Shown here: in pieces, positions 40,004 to 48,618 of the stretch | Layout of the letters: each line of letters begins with the position of its first letter | Numbering within the stretch: the stretch's first letter is position 1 | Source: an uncultured Verrucomicrobiae bacterium | GTDB lineage: Bacteria > Verrucomicrobiota > Verrucomicrobiia > Chthoniobacterales > Terrimicrobiaceae | DNA length: 64,000 nt | Reading direction: 5' to 3' | NCBI GenBank assembly: GCA_963706955.1 | Contig: CAVPOC010000003.1 | Location: 640,001 to 704,000, forward strand | Position numbers and translations under genes: made by a program | The notes under the pieces: generated by a model | Databases searched by the model: none | Seen by the model: the letters and a program-made list of their open reading frames with translations, nothing else | Told to the model about the DNA's origin: nothing

Positions 40004-41590
40004 CTAATTCGTCGGCATGACGAACTGTGCGCCTGTCGACGTGTCGCCTTCGGTGCCAGAGGTGTAAGTGAGCTCGATACTCGCCGGTTCGCCGGCCGGC
40101 CAGCGCTGCATCACGCTCTTGTAGCGCGTGTAGAAGCGAATTCCCTCTTCACCGTAGATGTGCTGGCTCCCGAAAAGCGAGCGCTTCCACCCTCCAAACG
40201 AATGCCACGCCATCGGGACCGGAATTGGGACATTGATTCCGACCATGCCGATCTGAACACGCCGCGAAAACTCGCGGGCAGTTCCTCCATTCCGTGTGTA
40301 GCAAGAGACTCCGTTTCCAAACTCGTGGGCGTTGATCAATTCAATCGCACTGTCAAGATTAGGGACGCGAACCACGCACAGGACCGGTCCAAAGATCTCC
40401 TCCTTATAAATCTTCATGTCGGAGTTCACGTGGTCGAACAAAGAGCCCGCGAGGAAGAAGCCATTCTCGCGTCCCGGCGCCTTGAAGCCCCGACCATCAA
40501 CCACCAACTGTGCACCGGACTTGACCCCATCTTCGATATAGCTCTCGATCTTCGCCTTGTGCACAGCGGTGACAACCGGGCCCATCTCGGACTCAGGATC
40601 CATGCCGTCATTGATTTTCAAAGCCTCGACACGGGGTTTGAGCTTCTCGATCAGCTTGTCACCGGTTTTGCCGACGGCGACCGCGACGGAGATCGCCATG
40701 CACCGCTCTCCTGCTGAACCATAGGCCGCGCCGAGGAGCGCATCAGCGGCGTGGTCGAGATCGGCGTCCGGCATGACCACCAGGTGGTTCTTGGCGCCAC
40801 CAAGAGCTTGCACGCGCTTGCCGCGCCTGGTCGATTCCCGGTAGATGTATTCAGCGATCGGCGTCGAACCGACAAAGGAAAGCGCCTCCACTTGAGGATG
40901 TTCGATCAGCGCATCGACGGCCACCTTGTCCCCCTGCACGACATTGAAGACACCGTCAGGCGCCCCGGCTTCCTTGAGCAGTTCCGCCATTCTCAAGGAG
41001 GGAGAAGGATCGCGTTCCGAGGGCTTCAAGACGAAGGTATTTCCGCAAGCAAGCGCCACCGGGAACATCCACATCGGCACCATCACCGGAAAGTTGAACG
41101 GCGTGATTCCCGCGACCACTCCGAGCGGCTGGCGCATGCTCCAATTATCGATACCGCCGCCAATTTCCTCACTGTATTGGCCCTTTAAGAGGTGGGGAAT
41201 GCCGCAGACAAACTCGACGACTTCCATGCCGCGGACAACTTCGCCCTTGGCGTCGGAGAAGACCTTCCCGTGTTCACGGGTGATCATCGCCGCAAATTCG
41301 TCGTGGTGCTTTTCGATCAACGCCTTGAATCGAAACAGTACGCGCGAACGCCGCAGGGATGACAGCTGCGACCAGACGGGAAAGGCCGCGCGCGCCGCCG
41401 CCACGGCGGCGTCCACTTCAGCGCTCGAGGCCAGGGCCACCTTGGCGGTGACTTCACCGGTCGCCGGGTTGAATACATCGCTCGTTCGCCCGCCCCCACG
41501 CACGTGCTTGCCATTGATGAAGTGCTCGAGGCGACCCGGTGTCGGACCGGTCGCGGGCGTTTCTTTTTTCTCTAAGGTTTTCGTTGCCAT
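40004..41590 (-). CDS. iolA: CoA-acylating (methyl)malonate-semialdehyde dehydrogenase
   Basis: [32 protein letters not shown] and EEIFGPV. Located in the iol operon. Confidence 0.93.
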   Translation of the reverse strand: MATKTLEKKETPATGPTPGRLEHFINGKHVRGGGRTSDVFNPATGEVTAKVALASSAEVDAAVAAARAAFPVWSQLSSLRRSRVLFRFKALIEKHHDEFAAMITREHGKVFSDAKGEVVRGMEVVEFVCGIPHLLKGQYSEEIGGGIDNWSMRQPLGVVAGITPFNFPVMVPMWMFPVALACGNTFVLKPSERDPSPSLRMAELLKEAGAPDGVFNVVQGDKVAVDALIEHPQVEALSFVGSTPIAEYIYRESTRRGKRVQALGGAKNHLVVMPDADLDHAADALLGAAYGSAGERCMAISVAVAVGKTGDKLIEKLKPRVEALKINDGMDPESEMGPVVTAVHKAKIESYIEDGVKSGAQLVVDGRGFKAPGRENGFFLAGSLFDHVNSDMKIYKEEIFGPVLCVVRVPNLDSAIELINAHEFGNGVSCYTRNGGTAREFSRRVQIGMVGINVPIPVPMAWHSFGGWKRSLFGSQHIYGEEGIRFYTRYKSVMQRWPAGEPASIELTYTSGTEGDTSTGAQFVMPTN

Positions 41591-41626
41591 AACAGATAAT
41601 CTCTAAGTTTTGATTCGGAACTTGTC

Positions 41627-42424
41627 TCAGGCAGCTTTCAAAATCCACTCATGGGCGGGGTCGTTATAAAAATGCCAGACGCGCTTCGGGCCTGCCATGA
41701 CGTTAAAATAATAAGATTCGTATCCGTGTGGGACCACGACGGGATGATAACCACGGGGGACGAGCACGACGTCGCGATCCTCGACCGCTATCGACTCGTC
41801 AAGATCACGCGAATCGCTATAGACCCGCTGGAAAACGAATCCCTGCGGAGGATTGATGCGGTGGTAATAGGTCTCCTCCAGGAGACTTTCAGCTGGCACA
41901 TTGTCGATGTCGTGCTTGTGGGGCGGATAGCTCGAGGAATGCCCGCCCGGGGTGCGCACCTCCACGACGAGCACCGACTCGGCAGGCTCATCCTGGGGAA
42001 GAATGTCGCACACGTAACGTGTATTTGATCCCTTTCCACGAACGCTCCGCTTGATGGCAGCCGGCTCGATCAAACGCACTGGCAGTTTGCCCTCGGCGGG
42101 ACCGCCCGCGACCGCGATTTCTGCCTCGGTCTTCGCAGTTACGCTCAGCTTAGCGCGTGGGGGGAGATAGACCGCGGTTGGCGAGGCATCTTCGAAGACG
42201 CTCATGCGTCCACCAATCTCTTTCCAGGTAAAGTTTTCGGCCTGGGCAGAGACTATTCCCGTAAGGACAACGACACAAAGCTCGTTCGCGGGGTCAGAGA
42301 AAGTCAACGTCTCTCCGGGAGCGAGTCGATGAGCAGAAAAGCTAATGTATTTCCAGCCCGCGGACTCCGGCGTCACCGCGACGATTTCTGGCGAGTTTTT
42401 CTTAGGTTTGACGACCAGATTCAT
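41627..42424 (-). CDS. iolB: 5-deoxy-glucuronate isomerase
   Basis: SSYPPHKHD, LEETYYHR, VPRGYHP and YYFNVMAGP. Confidence 0.96.
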   Translation of the reverse strand: MNLVVKPKKNSPEIVAVTPESAGWKYISFSAHRLAPGETLTFSDPANELCVVVLTGIVSAQAENFTWKEIGGRMSVFEDASPTAVYLPPRAKLSVTAKTEAEIAVAGGPAEGKLPVRLIEPAAIKRSVRGKGSNTRYVCDILPQDEPAESVLVVEVRTPGGHSSSYPPHKHDIDNVPAESLLEETYYHRINPPQGFVFQRVYSDSRDLDESIAVEDRDVVLVPRGYHPVVVPHGYESYYFNVMAGPKRVWHFYNDPAHEWILKAA

Positions 42425-42432
42425 GCTGTGGC

Positions 42433-44349
42433 TTAGCGTTTCTGATTTTCTTTTCCGCGAAGGTAGGCAGCCCGGGCGTTCCGCACGGATTCACTGGGAG
42501 ACTCCTCCGGGACGGCGACCTCCCACCACCAGCCACCTTCCTTGGTTGTCCGCGTATCATCGGTGTCGATACAGATAAGGTAGGTGCGCTTGGCGGCTCG
42601 CGCCCGCTGGAGAGCGGCCTCGAGCTCGGGGATATTGGCCACCTTCTCGGAGAGCGCGCCCAACGAAGCCGCATTCGCGGCGAAATCGATATTCGGCGCC
42701 CCGTCACCATACTGGAGGCAGTCCTCCCACATGTTGTTGAAAGGTTTGCTTCCGCAATGTTGCTGAAGGCGATTGATGCAGCCGTAACCGCGATTATCCA
42801 GGAGCACAATGACCAGCTTCTTGTCGAGCATCACGGACGTCGCGATCTCATTGTTCAGCATTAGATAACTGCCGTCGCCCACCATAACGATAACTTCGCG
42901 ATCCGGTCGGGCCATCTTGACCCCCAAGCCACCCGCGATCTCGTAACCCATCGTGGAATAGCCATACTCCATATGATAGCCGCCGGGCGTCGAGGTGCGC
43001 CAAAGCTTGTGAAGCTCGGCGGGAAGCGTCCCCGCAGCGCAAACCGCGATGTCGATGGAAGTGGATTGCGGACTCGAGCGCTGCACCGCACCAATGACCT
43101 CCCCATCATAGGGAAGCTCCCCAGCAGCGAGTTCGCGGCGCTGGGTGATCTTGTCCACGGTGGCGCGCCAGGCATCAGCCTCCTTTTTGGCGCGCTCGGT
43201 CCATTCAGCTTCCGCCTGCCAGCGCGGCAGCGATTTGCTGAGCGCTTCCAAGCCCAAACGAGCGTCCGCTTGCAAGGAAATGCCACGTGCTTTGCTCGCA
43301 TCAAAGAGATTTACATTCAGCGAGACCAGCCTCGCCTTCGGGAACAATGAGTTTGACCCGGTCGTGAAGTCTTGCAGACGGGTGCCCACAGCGATGATTA
43401 AGTCCGCTTCGCTGGTGAGAGCATTCGCCGCGGTGGATCCGGTCACGCCCACGGGGCCCAACTGGAGCGGGTGGTCCCACGGTAGCGAGCTCTTGCCTGC
43501 CTGTGTCTCCGAGACCGGCACGCCGTGCCGTTCGGAAAACTCACGCAGCGCTTCGCAAGCTCCGCCATAGAGAACCCCGCCGCCAGCAATGATCACTGGC
43601 CGCTTTGCCGCGATGACCGCGCGCGTCGCCGCCGCCAGTTCGATTTCGCTGGGTGCCACCGCTCGAAATTCCACCACCGGAGTCTCGAAAAATTCGGCCG
43701 GATAGTCGAAGGCGTCCGCCTGCACATCTTGTGGCAGCGCGAGGGTCACCGGCCCGCAGAGCGCCGGGTCGGTAAGCGTCAGCACCGCTCGTGGAAGGGC
43801 CGTGAGCAATTGGGAAGGATGAACAATCCGATCGAAATAGCGCGAAACCGGTCGGAAACAATCGTTAGCGGAGATCGTCCCGTCCCCCGACGATTCTACC
43901 TGCTGAAGGACCGGATCCGGGTCTCTAGAAATAAAGATATCCCCAGGAAGCAATAGAACCGGGAGCCGATTAACGTGCGCCAGCGCCGCGGAAGTGAGAA
44001 GATTGGTGGCTCCGGGTCCGATGGAAGTCGAGCAGGCCATCATCCTACGTCGAAAGTGCGCTTTCGCGTAAGCGATCGCAGCGTTCGCCATCGCCTGTTC
44101 ATTGTGTGCGCGATAGGTCGGCAGCTTGTCACGATATTGGTAAAGTGCCTCTCCAAGCCCAGCCACATTGCCGTGTCCAAAAATCGCGAAGACCCCCCCG
44201 AAGAGCGGGACGACCTCATCGCCTCCAGGCCCTTCGACTCGCGTGCGCAGGCCGGACAAATAGCGGACCAGGGCCTGCGCCGTGGTCAGGCGCACCGTGC
44301 CGCGTTTGGCGATACTCGGGTTCTCTGCGACAGTCATCGTCTCATTCAT
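42433..44349 (-). CDS. iolD: 3D-(3,5/4)-trihydroxycyclohexane-1,2-dione acylhydrolase
   Basis: RLTTAQAL, IFGHGNVAG, HNEQAM, SIGPGATN, EYGYSTMGYE and GDGSYLM. Confidence 0.96.
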   Translation of the reverse strand: MNETMTVAENPSIAKRGTVRLTTAQALVRYLSGLRTRVEGPGGDEVVPLFGGVFAIFGHGNVAGLGEALYQYRDKLPTYRAHNEQAMANAAIAYAKAHFRRRMMACSTSIGPGATNLLTSAALAHVNRLPVLLLPGDIFISRDPDPVLQQVESSGDGTISANDCFRPVSRYFDRIVHPSQLLTALPRAVLTLTDPALCGPVTLALPQDVQADAFDYPAEFFETPVVEFRAVAPSEIELAAATRAVIAAKRPVIIAGGGVLYGGACEALREFSERHGVPVSETQAGKSSLPWDHPLQLGPVGVTGSTAANALTSEADLIIAVGTRLQDFTTGSNSLFPKARLVSLNVNLFDASKARGISLQADARLGLEALSKSLPRWQAEAEWTERAKKEADAWRATVDKITQRRELAAGELPYDGEVIGAVQRSSPQSTSIDIAVCAAGTLPAELHKLWRTSTPGGYHMEYGYSTMGYEIAGGLGVKMARPDREVIVMVGDGSYLMLNNEIATSVMLDKKLVIVLLDNRGYGCINRLQQHCGSKPFNNMWEDCLQYGDGAPNIDFAANAASLGALSEKVANIPELEAALQRARAAKRTYLICIDTDDTRTTKEGGWWWEVAVPEESPSESVRNARAAYLRGKENQKR

Positions 44350-46340
44350 ACTGCATACTCCTCAATAATCGGGCTGGTTGTCCTGGCTGGCCCGGTGCTT
44401 TCCTCCCGTGCCTTCCGCCAGAGATTGATTAAGCTCTCGAAAGTTTCTCGCGTACGCTCGATTACGGTCTTGTCGTCGATCTCCCCGGCGAGCCACGCAA
44501 AGCTCGGTTTCTCAAAGATGGTCCGTCCGACGGCAAAGCCGCGGCAAGTTTTTGACCCTGCTGCCTGCCTGAACCCTTCCGCCAGGCGTTCGACCGGCGC
44601 GCTCAAGCCAAGCAGAAGCACTCCGCGACAGTACGGATCGCGCTGGGTGATCACCTCGTCGATGAACCGCCACTGGTCACCGCTCATGGATTCAAGCTTC
44701 CACCATTCCGGTTTGATGCCGAGATCGTAAAATCGATCAAGCGAGCGGTAAACGGTGTCAGGTTGCACTCGATCTTTGGGGGGGATCACCTCCAGTAATA
44801 ACTCATGCCCGCTCACTCGCGTGGCTTCAAAGAGCGCTTGCACTTGGGCCTCCTGCTCGAGACGGTGCTCGGCCGGATCATCCGGATGATAAAAAACGAG
44901 GCACTTGGCGACATGCTCATGGGGCCAGGAAATTAGGGTGGTCCCGATGGAGCGACCATGTTCGAACTTGAGCGGGTTGGAGCCCGGGAGCTCCACGGGG
45001 CGCCCGATCCACCAGCCTCGTCCAGTGGCTGCATTGAGCGCATCCTGACCGTAGGTTTCGTCCGCAAGGATGCCAAGCTTGCCCGCATACTCGGGCCTCT
45101 CCTGCTCGACCGAGGCGACAGCTTGCACGAGCAATTCCTTGAGCTTCGGAATTCGTTGCTCCTCCACGCCGGCCTTGCGCGCCAAATCTGCAAGCTGGCT
45201 ACGATGATCGAAGGCAAAAATGTAAAGCTCCTCCCAGCGTGGGCGTGGCACCGATACACGATGCAGATGGGTCAGCATCGGGTCACGGTCCGGCCGGCGC
45301 ACCCGCTCGGGCTCCTCGGCGGCCCTCTTGAGAAAGCAGTCAAGCTCGACGGCTGTCGGCATCGCCGGAGCACAACCATGCCGGGAGACGACCAGGGCGC
45401 CGCTGCCATTGCCGCGGGCAGCGCATTCTTCGTAATCCTTGCTCCGAAGCCACCCGCTCAGAAAACCGGATATAAAGGCGTCACCGGCCCCGAGCACATT
45501 GAGCACTTCCACCTGAACGCCGGCAAAAGTCGGTGCCTCATCGATAGAGGCAGGAACGTCACCTTCGATGACCGAGCAACCGAGGACCCCGCGCTTGACG
45601 ACCAGAGTCGCTTCGGTCACTTGGCGCACCGCTCGCAGCGTCGCAATGAGGTCCTGTTGCCCGCCCGCTATCTCGAATTCTTCGACCGTCCCAACCACCA
45701 AATCAAAGAGCGGCAGGATGCCTTTTAAATGTTTGGTTACTCCCTCGCTGGAGACATAGCGCACCTCCCCCTCAGCCTTGCCGGTAAGTCCCCAGAGCAC
45801 CGGCCGGTAATCGATGTCCAAAATCGTGCGGACGTCATTGCGTCGGGCATACTCCAGCGCCTGCCGACTTGCCTTGTCCACTTGCGCAGTGGAGAAATGC
45901 GTCCCGGTGATCAGGAGCGCTTTGCTCGACGCGATGAAGGATTCGTCAAAGTCACTCGGGTCGAGGGCCATGTCCGCGCAGTTCTCGCGGTAGAAAACCA
46001 AAGGGAAGCTCTCCCGGTCCTTGAGCCCAAGCAAGACCAGCGCCGTCAGACGCTTTTCGTCCTTGACCACATGGCTGACATCGCAGCCCTCCCGCGCCAG
46101 GGTCTCGATCAGTGAACGTCCCATGTGATCGTCGCCCACGCGCGTGAGCATGGCAGACTTCAAGCCGAGCCGGGCACAGTTGCAGGCGATATTCCCGGAT
46201 GAGCCCCCAAGATACTTGGAGAAAGTGCTCACGTCCTCCAGACGCGCACCGATCTGCTGCGCATAGAGATCGACCGCCAGGCGGCCAAGGCAAATAACAT
46301 CAAGCTCGCGTCCTGAGGCGAAGGGGGTGGAATTCTTCAT
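44346..46340 (-). CDS. iolC: 5-dehydro-2-deoxygluconokinase fused to a DUF2090 (aldolase-like) domain
   Basis: PfkB N-terminal domain (KYLGGS, NVLGAGDAF) plus C-terminal AFDHR, RPVELPGS, WWKLE and GFAVGRTIF. Confidence 0.95.
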   Translation of the reverse strand: MKNSTPFASGRELDVICLGRLAVDLYAQQIGARLEDVSTFSKYLGGSSGNIACNCARLGLKSAMLTRVGDDHMGRSLIETLAREGCDVSHVVKDEKRLTALVLLGLKDRESFPLVFYRENCADMALDPSDFDESFIASSKALLITGTHFSTAQVDKASRQALEYARRNDVRTILDIDYRPVLWGLTGKAEGEVRYVSSEGVTKHLKGILPLFDLVVGTVEEFEIAGGQQDLIATLRAVRQVTEATLVVKRGVLGCSVIEGDVPASIDEAPTFAGVQVEVLNVLGAGDAFISGFLSGWLRSKDYEECAARGNGSGALVVSRHGCAPAMPTAVELDCFLKRAAEEPERVRRPDRDPMLTHLHRVSVPRPRWEELYIFAFDHRSQLADLARKAGVEEQRIPKLKELLVQAVASVEQERPEYAGKLGILADETYGQDALNAATGRGWWIGRPVELPGSNPLKFEHGRSIGTTLISWPHEHVAKCLVFYHPDDPAEHRLEQEAQVQALFEATRVSGHELLLEVIPPKDRVQPDTVYRSLDRFYDLGIKPEWWKLESMSGDQWRFIDEVITQRDPYCRGVLLLGLSAPVERLAEGFRQAAGSKTCRGFAVGRTIFEKPSFAWLAGEIDDKTVIERTRETFESLINLWRKAREESTGPARTTSPIIEEYAV

Positions 46341-46587
46341 TGCTGAAACTGTTTGGAGCACTGCTCTCTAAAGCTCGCCAGGGCACGCGTGCTTTCCACC
46401 AAGAGGTGGCTTCTCCAAGCTCCCCATGTTCGCCGCGTCCAAGAAAGTGCGCAAGCCTCTAGATGCGTGAAAACGCATTCGCGATCGCCATTCTGAGGGC
46501 CCAAGGTGCAACTCTTCATCAAGGTGAGAGCAGCAAAATACCGTCTGTCGCGCTGAATGCAACAAAAATTGTAAGAAGTTTAATATT

Positions 46588-46603
46588 TAGAATTTTATTT
46601 CTA
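46588..46603. promoter_or_regulatory. Candidate IolR operator
   Basis: TAGAA-TTTTAT-TTCTA palindrome in the AT-rich divergent iolC/iolR spacer. It resembles the GGAA-N6-TTCC IolR boxes of Proteobacteria. Confidence 0.6.
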
Positions 46604-46652
46604 TTTTGCTTGGATTTCTTTCCCCAGGTGGCATAGCCTCTTAGTAAAGCAA

Positions 46653-47516
46653 ATGGCCCAGCTGACTGTTGATCAACTTATTGAGAAGATTGCAGCAGCT
46701 TACGACTCCTTGCCCCGGCAGTTGAAAAGAATTGCGACCTACATCGAGCAACATCGTGGAAGAGTCATGATGGACCGGGTGGGCGACATTGCCCAAACCT
46801 GTAACGTCCACCCTTCGGCGGTGGTGCGCTTTGCAAAGCGCTTCGGTTATTCAGGTTTCAGCGAACTCCAAGCGATCTTTCGGCGCGCTTACACCGAGCA
46901 GGTGGCGCCGGTTCAGAGTTATCAGCAGCGGGTCCGCAAGCTGATCAAGAGCAATCGGGGGCGGCTGCGTGGGTCAGAGATCGCCCGCGAGTTCATCGAC
47001 GGGAGTCGGCAGGGCTTGGAGGCGCTGGCCGCCGGGCTTGAGGCCAATGCTTTTGATGAGGCGTTGGAGCTGCTCGTCAAGGCGAAGACGATTTACATCG
47101 CCGGGGTGCGTCGTTCGTTTGCCCCGGCCTCCTATCTCGCTTACGCCCTACAGCACACTCGCAAGCAGGTAATCCTTGCGTCAGGGCTGGGAGGAATGTA
47201 TCGCGAGCAGATCAGTAGCATCCGCAAGGGAGATGCACTGGTCGCAATTAGTTTCCTTCCATACGGAAAAGAGACCCAGTATTGCGCGCGCATGGCCAGT
47301 CACAACAAGGCCGGGGCGCTCGTGATTACCGACAGTCAGTTGTCACCGCTGGCACGTTTTGCGAGCGTGCTCCTTCTCGTCAAGGAAGGCGATGCCTTTG
47401 GTTTTCGTTCTTTAACGAACACCATGTGCCTATGTCAGGCGCTGTTTATTTCTTTAGCTTACAAGCTCGAACTTAACCTGGAACAAACCGCGGATGATCC
47501 CAGCGAGGTGCCGTAA
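46653..47516 (+). CDS. iolR: RpiR/MurR-family regulator of inositol catabolism
   Basis: HTH segment VHPSAVVRFAKRFGYSGFSELQ and SIS domain G.RRSF…ISF.PY…ITDS.LSPL. Divergent from iolC. Confidence 0.85.
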   Translation: MAQLTVDQLIEKIAAAYDSLPRQLKRIATYIEQHRGRVMMDRVGDIAQTCNVHPSAVVRFAKRFGYSGFSELQAIFRRAYTEQVAPVQSYQQRVRKLIKSNRGRLRGSEIAREFIDGSRQGLEALAAGLEANAFDEALELLVKAKTIYIAGVRRSFAPASYLAYALQHTRKQVILASGLGGMYREQISSIRKGDALVAISFLPYGKETQYCARMASHNKAGALVITDSQLSPLARFASVLLLVKEGDAFGFRSLTNTMCLCQALFISLAYKLELNLEQTADDPSEVP

Positions 47517-47540
47517 GCGGTCCGCGCCGGGCGATCGGTA

Positions 47541-48437
47541 ATGTTTACTTCTTGGCCACTGCTGGCGGTATTCGGATGCGCGGTCGTTTACACGATCGGT
47601 GCGCTTTCCGCTAAACGTGCTCTGAGTGCAGGCGCCACCGTCTGGCAGGTCAATTTCGCCGCGAACATGGCGATGTCGATTCTGTTTTTGCCCTTCTGGT
47701 TTGGCGCGGATGTCACCAGGATGTTAACCGATAGCTACAAGCCGATTCTGGCTGCGGGAGCATTCTTTACCGGCCAACTTTTTACCTTTGCAGCCCTCCG
47801 CCAAGGAGACGTCTCCGTAGCGACCCCCCTGCTGGGAGCAAAAGTTATCTTCGTTGCTTTCATTACCAGCTTTCTCTTCGGAGACCCTGTCGGCGTGAAA
47901 TGGTGGGTAGCCGCGGCGATTAGCACCTGCGGGATTTTCCTGGTCACCGGCGCACAGCCCCGAACCGAAGCTTGGAGGCGCCATTCCGCAAAGACCGCCC
48001 TCTATTCGCTGATTGCGGCTCTCGCCTTTGCTCTCACTGATACCCTTATCCAGCACTGGGCTGTCGAGATGGGAGTGATCACCTTCGTCGCGGTGATGTT
48101 CTCGTTTGTGGGCATACTTACGTGTTGCCTCTATGTGCCGGCCGTGGGCTTCCGTCAGCTAGTCAATTCGCCCCGAATTGCTCGCCAAGCGCTGGTGTTC
48201 GGCGCGTTGATTCTCGGTGCGCAAAACCTGGTTATGGCGGTGGCGATCCGATTCTCCGGCGACGCCACCGCGGTGAACATCGTCTACAGTTCGCGATGTG
48301 TTCTCAGCGTCGTCCTCGCATGGGCGACGGCGCGATGGCTCGGCAGCCGAGAAGCGACGCTACCACGACGCGTCCTATTTCTTCGCCTCGGTGGGGCGCT
48401 GCTCTTGGCAGGCGCGATCGTCATGGTCATGCTTTAG
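47541..48437 (+). CDS. DMT/EamA-family transporter
   Basis: 298 aa, about 10 hydrophobic segments, GDVSVATPL motif. Confidence 0.8.
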   Translation: MFTSWPLLAVFGCAVVYTIGALSAKRALSAGATVWQVNFAANMAMSILFLPFWFGADVTRMLTDSYKPILAAGAFFTGQLFTFAALRQGDVSVATPLLGAKVIFVAFITSFLFGDPVGVKWWVAAAISTCGIFLVTGAQPRTEAWRRHSAKTALYSLIAALAFALTDTLIQHWAVEMGVITFVAVMFSFVGILTCCLYVPAVGFRQLVNSPRIARQALVFGALILGAQNLVMAVAIRFSGDATAVNIVYSSRCVLSVVLAWATARWLGSREATLPRRVLFLRLGGALLLAGAIVMVML

Positions 48438-48618
48438 AGTTGGTCAAGCCAAACGAGGGCTAGACTGATTGCATAACAACGGTCTCCTTTTATCTGAGTA
48501 ACTGGAGGCGAGTCGGATCCGGGCGAGCTTTTGAGGGAATGGTCTGGGGGAGCATACGCGTCCCGCGCGTGGTGTTCGACGGCTCGCCGATCAGAGGTTT
48601 TCCGGCGCGGGCTGCCGG

